Source: Roseomonas sp.
Lineage (GTDB): Bacteria > Pseudomonadota > Alphaproteobacteria > Acetobacterales > Acetobacteraceae
Direction of reading: 5' to 3'
Assembly: GCA_031180725.1 (NCBI GenBank)
Contig: JAPSLO010000008.1
Location: 127,471-191,470 of the forward strand
DNA length: 64,000 nt
Positions 58,994-64,000 of the stretch are shown here, piece after piece; within the stretch, counting starts at the first letter, position 1; each line of letters opens with the position of its first letter. The translations under genes were made by a program, and so were the position numbers. A model generated the notes under the pieces. It did not search any database. It worked only from the letters and a program-made list of their open reading frames with translations, and had not been told where the DNA came from.

Positions 58994-59869
58994 ATGATCG
59001 GACGACGGGGCCTGATGGGCGCCGCGCTGCTGGCGGCGGGTGGAACAACCGGTGAGGCGCGGGCCATGGCTGGGCTGCCCGCCGCTTTCGCGCGGATCGA
59101 GGCGACGCGCGGTGGCCGGCTGGGCATCGCGGTGCTGGATACGGGAAGCGGCGCGCGCGTGGGACACCGGATGGAGGAGCGCTTCCCGCTGTGGAGCACC
59201 TTCAAGCTGCTCGCCTCCGCCGCCCTGCTGGCGCACGTGGATGCGGGGCGTGAGCGGCTGGACCGGCGCCTGCACTACAGGCGCGCGGATCTCGTCGCTC
59301 ATTCCCCGGTCACGTCCCGCCACCTGGAGAGTGGCCTGACGCTGGCCGAGCTCTGCGCCGCCATGATGATCACCGGCGACAACACCGCGGCCAACCTGGT
59401 GATGGCGCGGCTGGGTGGTCCTCAGGCGTTGACCTCCTGGCTGCGCGAGATCGGCGATCCTGTAACGCGCATGGACCGGTGGGAGCCGGATCTGGGCAGC
59501 ACGCTGCCGGTGGACCCGCGCGATACGACGACGCCAGTCGCAATGGCGACAACGGTAGCTGCCGTGACGCTGGGGACGGTGCTGGCGGCAGGGTCGAGGG
59601 CAATGCTGGTCGGCTGGCTGCGCGACTGCCGCACCGGCGACGCGCGGCTGCGCGCCGGCTTGCCCGATGGTTGGCGTGTCGGGAACCGAACCGGCTCGGG
59701 CACGCGAAATACCAGCAACGATGTCGGGCTGTTCTGGTCGCCAGGCGGCACGGCGCCGCTGGTGGTGACGGCCTATCTCACCGAAGGATCGCCGGATGCA
59801 GCGAAGCGCGACGCGGCGTTGGCCGATGTGGCGCGCGCCGTGGCGGCGGCCTGGAGCTCCGGCGGCTGA
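58994..59869 (+). CDS. class A beta-lactamase-like protein (paralogue 1, atypical motifs)
   Basis: Tat signal (GRRGL), then WSTFK, GDN, EPDLG and NRTG. Confidence 0.9.
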   Translation: MIGRRGLMGAALLAAGGTTGEARAMAGLPAAFARIEATRGGRLGIAVLDTGSGARVGHRMEERFPLWSTFKLLASAALLAHVDAGRERLDRRLHYRRADLVAHSPVTSRHLESGLTLAELCAAMMITGDNTAANLVMARLGGPQALTSWLREIGDPVTRMDRWEPDLGSTLPVDPRDTTTPVAMATTVAAVTLGTVLAAGSRAMLVGWLRDCRTGDARLRAGLPDGWRVGNRTGSGTRNTSNDVGLFWSPGGTAPLVVTAYLTEGSPDAAKRDAALADVARAVAAAWSSGG

Positions 59870-59946
59870 AGGCAGCGCCGCAGCCGGCCGGCCGCATGGC
59901 AGCGGCCGGCCGGACGACACCGCATGCAAGAAGAGAGGAGAGGACC

Positions 59947-60831
59947 ATGATAATTGGCCGACGGGGAGTTCTGTACGGTGCGACGGTGCTGGCCGGCGGA
60001 TGGGCCTGCGCGGCGCGTGCCCAAGGATTTGCGGGGCTGTCCGCCGCCTTCGCACGGATCGAGGCGGCGCGCGGCGGACGGCTGGGCGTGACGGTGATCG
60101 ACACGGGCAGTGGCCAGCGCGCGGGATACCGGGCGGAGGAACGCTTTCCGATCTGCAGCACCTTCAAGCTGCTGGCCGCCGCCGCCGTGCTGGCGCGGGC
60201 GGAAGCGGGGCGGGACAGCATGGACCGGCGGGTGCGCTACACGCGCGCCGACCTCGTGACCCATTCCCCCGTAACGGAGCGCCATTTGGACAGCGGCATG
60301 ACGCTGGAAGAACTCTGCGCCGCGACGATGATCACCAGCGACAACACTGCGGCCAACCTCATGCTGGCGGCGCTGGGCGGGCCGGAAGGCCTGACCGCCT
60401 GGCTGCGGGAGATCGGCGATCCCGTGACGCGGCTGGACCGCTGGGAAACGGCGCTGAACGAGGCGATCCCGGGCGACCCGCGCGACACCTCCACGCCGGC
60501 CGCGATGGCCGCGACCATCCAGGCGGTGACGCTGGGCGAGGTGCTGGGCGCCCGATCCCGGGCGATGCTGGTGCAATGGCTGCGCGACTGCATCACCGGC
60601 AATACGCGGCTGAGGGCGGGCCTGCCGGCCGGCTGGAGCTGCGGCGACAGGACCGGCACCGGCGCCCGCAACACCAGCAACGATGTCGGGCTGTTCTGGC
60701 CGCCCGGCGGCGCGGCGCCGCTGGTGGTGACTGCCTATCTCACCCAGGGATCGCCGGACGGAAAGGTGCGGGACGCGGCGCTGGCCGATGTGGCGCGGGC
60801 CGTTGTCGCGGCCTGGAGCACGGGCCGCTGA
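59947..60831 (+). CDS. class A beta-lactamase (paralogue 2, RTG type)
   Basis: Tat signal (GRRGV), then CSTFK, SDN, ETALN and DRTG, with a GAGGAGAGG RBS. Confidence 0.94.
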   Translation: MIIGRRGVLYGATVLAGGWACAARAQGFAGLSAAFARIEAARGGRLGVTVIDTGSGQRAGYRAEERFPICSTFKLLAAAAVLARAEAGRDSMDRRVRYTRADLVTHSPVTERHLDSGMTLEELCAATMITSDNTAANLMLAALGGPEGLTAWLREIGDPVTRLDRWETALNEAIPGDPRDTSTPAAMAATIQAVTLGEVLGARSRAMLVQWLRDCITGNTRLRAGLPAGWSCGDRTGTGARNTSNDVGLFWPPGGAAPLVVTAYLTQGSPDGKVRDAALADVARAVVAAWSTGR

Positions 60832-60839
60832 CATGCAAA

Positions 60840-60868
60840 GGGCCTTCCCGCTTCTGGCGGGAAGGCCC
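60840..60868. terminator. hairpin between convergent bla2 and pntB
   Basis: GGGCCTTCCCG-CTTCTGG-CGGGAAGGCCC inverted repeat. Confidence 0.6.
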
Positions 60869-60893
60869 CTTCCGACCGGCGATGTGGCGGGCG

Positions 60894-62303
60894 CTATCTC
60901 TGCAGCGCCTGCACGATCTCCTGCGTCACCTTCTTCGCGTCGCCGAACAGCATCATGGTGTTCGGGCGGAAGAACAACTCGTTCTCCACGCCGGCATAAC
61001 CGCTGGACATGCCGCGCTTGACGAAGAACACCGTCTTCGCGCGTTCCACATCCAGGATGGGCATGCCGTAAATCGGGCTGGAGCGGTCGGTCTTCGCCGC
61101 CGGGTTGGTCACGTCATTGGCGCCGATTACGTACGCCACGTCGGCCTCGGCGAATTCCGGGTTGATCTCCTCCAGCTCGAAGACCTCGTCATAGGGGACA
61201 TTGGCCTCGGCCAGCAGGACGTTCATGTGGCCGGGCATGCGGCCCGCAACGGGGTGGATGGCATATTTCACCTCCGCCCCTTCTTTCTTCAGCAGGTCCG
61301 CCATTTCCCGCAGCACCTGCTGGGCCTGGGCCACCGCCATGCCATAGCCGGGCACGACGATGATCTTCTGCGCGTTCTTCATCATGTAGGCCGCGTCTTC
61401 CGGGCTGCCGGCCTTCACCGGCGCGCGGTCCGCCGCGCCCGCCCCGCCGGCCGCGGCGCCGCCCGCATCGCCGCCGAAGCCGCCCAGCAGCACGTTGATA
61501 ATGCTGCGGTTCATGCCCTTGCACATGATGTAGGACAGGATGGCGCCGGAAGCGCCGACCAGCGCGCCGGTCACGATCAGCAGCAGGTTGCCGATGGTGA
61601 AGCCAATGCCCGCCGCCGCCCAGCCCGAGTAGCTGTTCAGCATGGAGACCACGACCGGCATGTCGGCGCCGCCGATCGGAATGATCAGCAGGAAGCCGAG
61701 CGCGAAGGAGAGCAGCGCGATCAGCCAGAACAGCACGCCGGAACCAGTGGCGACGAAGGCGATGATCAGCAGCAGCAGCAGCGCGCCGAGGGCCGCGTTC
61801 AGCATATGCTGGCCCTTGAAGATGATCGGCGCGCCGGACATGCGGCCGGCCAGCTTCAGGAAGGCGATGACCGAGCCCGAGAAGGTGATGGCGCCGATCG
61901 CCACACCCAGCGACATCTCGATCAGGCTCTGGGTGTGGATGTGCCCGGGCGTGCCGATGTTGAAGCTTTCCGGCGCATAGAAGGCCGCCGCCGCGACGAA
62001 CACCGCCGCCATGCCGACCAGGCTGTGGAAGGCGGCCACAAGCTGCGGCAGCGCCGTCATCTGGATGCGCTGCGCCACCACCGTGCCGACGGTGCCGCCG
62101 ATGGCCAGGCCCGCGATGACGATGGCGATGCCACCCAGGCCCATGCCCGGCTTCAGCAGCGTCGCCGCCACGGCGATGCCCATGCCGATCATGCCGTACA
62201 GGTTGCCGCGCCGGCTCGTCTCCGGGTGGGAGAGGCCGCGCAACGCCAGGATGAACAGGACCGAGGCGACCAGATAGGCCAGGGTCGAGAGGGTCTGCGC
62301 CAT
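60894..62303 (-). CDS. pntB: NAD(P) transhydrogenase subunit beta
   Basis: LPQLVAAFHSLVG, GGADMPVVVSMLNSYSGWA, PGYGMAVAQAQ, IHPVAGRMPGHMNVLLAE and GANDVTNP. Confidence 0.97.
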   Translation of the reverse strand: MAQTLSTLAYLVASVLFILALRGLSHPETSRRGNLYGMIGMGIAVAATLLKPGMGLGGIAIVIAGLAIGGTVGTVVAQRIQMTALPQLVAAFHSLVGMAAVFVAAAAFYAPESFNIGTPGHIHTQSLIEMSLGVAIGAITFSGSVIAFLKLAGRMSGAPIIFKGQHMLNAALGALLLLLIIAFVATGSGVLFWLIALLSFALGFLLIIPIGGADMPVVVSMLNSYSGWAAAGIGFTIGNLLLIVTGALVGASGAILSYIMCKGMNRSIINVLLGGFGGDAGGAAAGGAGAADRAPVKAGSPEDAAYMMKNAQKIIVVPGYGMAVAQAQQVLREMADLLKKEGAEVKYAIHPVAGRMPGHMNVLLAEANVPYDEVFELEEINPEFAEADVAYVIGANDVTNPAAKTDRSSPIYGMPILDVERAKTVFFVKRGMSSGYAGVENELFFRPNTMMLFGDAKKVTQEIVQALQR

Positions 62304-62308
62304 CTGCC

Positions 62309-62701
62309 TCAGCCCTTCTTCTTGAACATGGCGAGCATCCGGCGCGTCACCATGAAGCCGCCGAAGATGTTCACCGCGGCGAGCGTCACCGCCAGGAAGC
62401 CGAAGACCTTGGCGGCGATGCTGTCCGACAGGCCGGTGGCGAGGATCGCGCCCACCACGATCACCGAGGAGATGGCGTTGGTCACGCCCATCAGCGGCGA
62501 ATGCAGCGCAGGCGTGACGGACCACACCACGTAGTAGCCCACGAAGCAGGCCATCAGGAAAATGGTGAGCAGCAGCAGGAAGGGCTCGGCCGCCGCGGCG
62601 ACGGGGGCGGCCTGCTCGGCCAGGGCCCGGGCCTGCTGCGCGAGAAGCGCGGCACGGTCGGACAGTGCCGCCGCCTCGTTGGCGATCTGCGAAGGCGTCA
62701 T
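62309..62701 (-). CDS. pntAB: NAD(P) transhydrogenase subunit alpha part 2 (membrane)
   Basis: [18 protein letters not shown] and [13 protein letters not shown]. Confidence 0.95.
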   Translation of the reverse strand: MTPSQIANEAAALSDRAALLAQQARALAEQAAPVAAAAEPFLLLLTIFLMACFVGYYVVWSVTPALHSPLMGVTNAISSVIVVGAILATGLSDSIAAKVFGFLAVTLAAVNIFGGFMVTRRMLAMFKKKG

Positions 62702-62712
62702 GGCGAAGCTCC

Positions 62713-63843
62713 TCAGGCGGCAGCGAGGGAGGGATGGACCACGGCGCCGGCGCGGGTCAGCGCGACGCCCCTGACGATCTCGTCCTCCTCCTTCAGCGCG
62801 GGCTTCTTCGCTTCCTTGTCCCAGAAGGTGGTCAGGAAGGTCAGCAGGTTGCGCGCATAGAGGGCGGAGGCGGCGCCGGCGATGCGGCCGGGCCAGTTGG
62901 AATAGCCCAGGATCTTCACGCCATTTTCGGTCGTGACCGCCTCGCCGGGCTTCGTCAGCTCCACATTGCCGCCGGCATCGGCGGCGATGTCCACGATAAC
63001 GCTGCCGGGCTTCATACTGGCGACCATGGCGGCCGTCACCAGGGTGGGCGCCTTGCGGCCCTGCACCAGGGCGGTGGTCACCACGATGTCCTGCTTGGCG
63101 ATGTGGCCGGCCACCACTTCCGCCTGCCTGGCGTAGAACTCGGCAGAAAGCTGCCTGGCATAGCCGCCGGCGGTCTGGGCGGCCCTGCTCTCCTCGTCCT
63201 CATAGCCGACGAAGCTCGCGCCGAGGGACTTGATCTCCTCCTTCGCCGCCGGCCGGACATCGGTGGCGGAAACGCGGCCGCCGAGGCGGCGCGCCGTGGC
63301 GATGGCCTGCAGCCCGGCGACCCCCGCGCCCATGATGAAGACATTGGCAGCCGGGACGGTGCCGGCGGCAGTCATCAGCATGGGGAAGCCCCGGTCGAAG
63401 GCGGCCGCCGCCTCGATCACCGCGCGATAGCCCGCCAAATTCGCCTGGGAGGAGAGCACATCCATGGACTGGGCGCGGGTGATGCGCGGCAGAAGCTCCA
63501 TGGCGCAGGCCTCGATGCCGGCCTCGGCATAGGCGCGGGCCGCCGCAGCATCAGCCTGCAGCGTGCCGATCAGCAGGGCACCCCGCGGGATCAGGGCGAG
63601 TTCCGCCGCTTCCGGGGCGCGCACCGCCAACACGATGTTGGCACCAGAGAGTGTCCCGGCGGGGTCGGCCGCGATCTCGGCGCCGGCGTCCCGGAAGGCC
63701 TGGTCGGTGATGCCGGATGCCAAGCCCGCCCCGGTCTCCACCGCCACGGTGCAGCCGAGGACCTGAAGTTTCTTCACTGTCTCCGGCGTCGCGGCAACCC
63801 GCGTCTCCGCTGCGCGCCGCTCGCGCAGGACCGCAACACGCAT
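62713..63843 (-). CDS. pntAA: NAD(P) transhydrogenase subunit alpha part 1
   Basis: [38 protein letters not shown] and DIVVTTA. Start MRVAV at 63843. Confidence 0.96.
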   Translation of the reverse strand: MRVAVLRERRAAETRVAATPETVKKLQVLGCTVAVETGAGLASGITDQAFRDAGAEIAADPAGTLSGANIVLAVRAPEAAELALIPRGALLIGTLQADAAAARAYAEAGIEACAMELLPRITRAQSMDVLSSQANLAGYRAVIEAAAAFDRGFPMLMTAAGTVPAANVFIMGAGVAGLQAIATARRLGGRVSATDVRPAAKEEIKSLGASFVGYEDEESRAAQTAGGYARQLSAEFYARQAEVVAGHIAKQDIVVTTALVQGRKAPTLVTAAMVASMKPGSVIVDIAADAGGNVELTKPGEAVTTENGVKILGYSNWPGRIAGAASALYARNLLTFLTTFWDKEAKKPALKEEDEIVRGVALTRAGAVVHPSLAAA

Positions 63844-64000
63844 GCAGAATCCCCCCGAAACAGGTTCAGGCCATGGTGCAGGCGGTATGACAACCTGGAC
63901 CAATCCTGGCAAGGCGAGGGGTGGCGCCATACGGCGGGCGGCGGCATCCTCGGGCCAAAGCGGGAGCAACGCTCATGCTGTTCAGGGACCTGCCAGACGG

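Noticed and set aside
62309-63843. Split pntA as a possible pseudogene
   Set aside because: The three-gene pntAA/pntAB/pntB organisation is normal in many alphaproteobacteria, and both parts are intact.

Overview
This is 64 kb of GC-rich alphaproteobacterial chromosome. The serC-serA, galU-pmm, maeB, lipB, rpsU-def-COQ9 and split pntAA/pntAB/pntB genes, plus orphan Bug/TctC binding proteins, suggest Acetobacteraceae of the Roseomonas group (inference). I support about 60 CDSs and one tRNA-Leu(GAG), and found no CRISPR array, IS, integrase or rRNA. Core blocks alternate with accessory ones. (1) A LeuCD-like hydratase, lactonase, IclR, HMG-CoA-lyase-like and family III CoA-transferase cluster resembles a citraconate/(R)-citramalate-type catabolic route. 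(2) A 21.6-31.1 kb general-stress block carries five sigma-EcfG-like promoters, two of them overlapping and divergent. (3) A 1161-aa TPR / GT-D-fold / sulfotransferase-like fusion gene with atypical codon usage lies just downstream of tRNA-Leu. (4) A 25-aa membrane peptide gene missing from the ORF track has its own EcfG-like promoter and converges on a candidate four-way-junction ncRNA. (5) catB and an AmpR-like regulator accompany two tandem RTG-type class A beta-lactamases, the first with four active-site substitutions. All assignments come from motif recognition by eye. No database search or folding program was run, and start codons were chosen manually.
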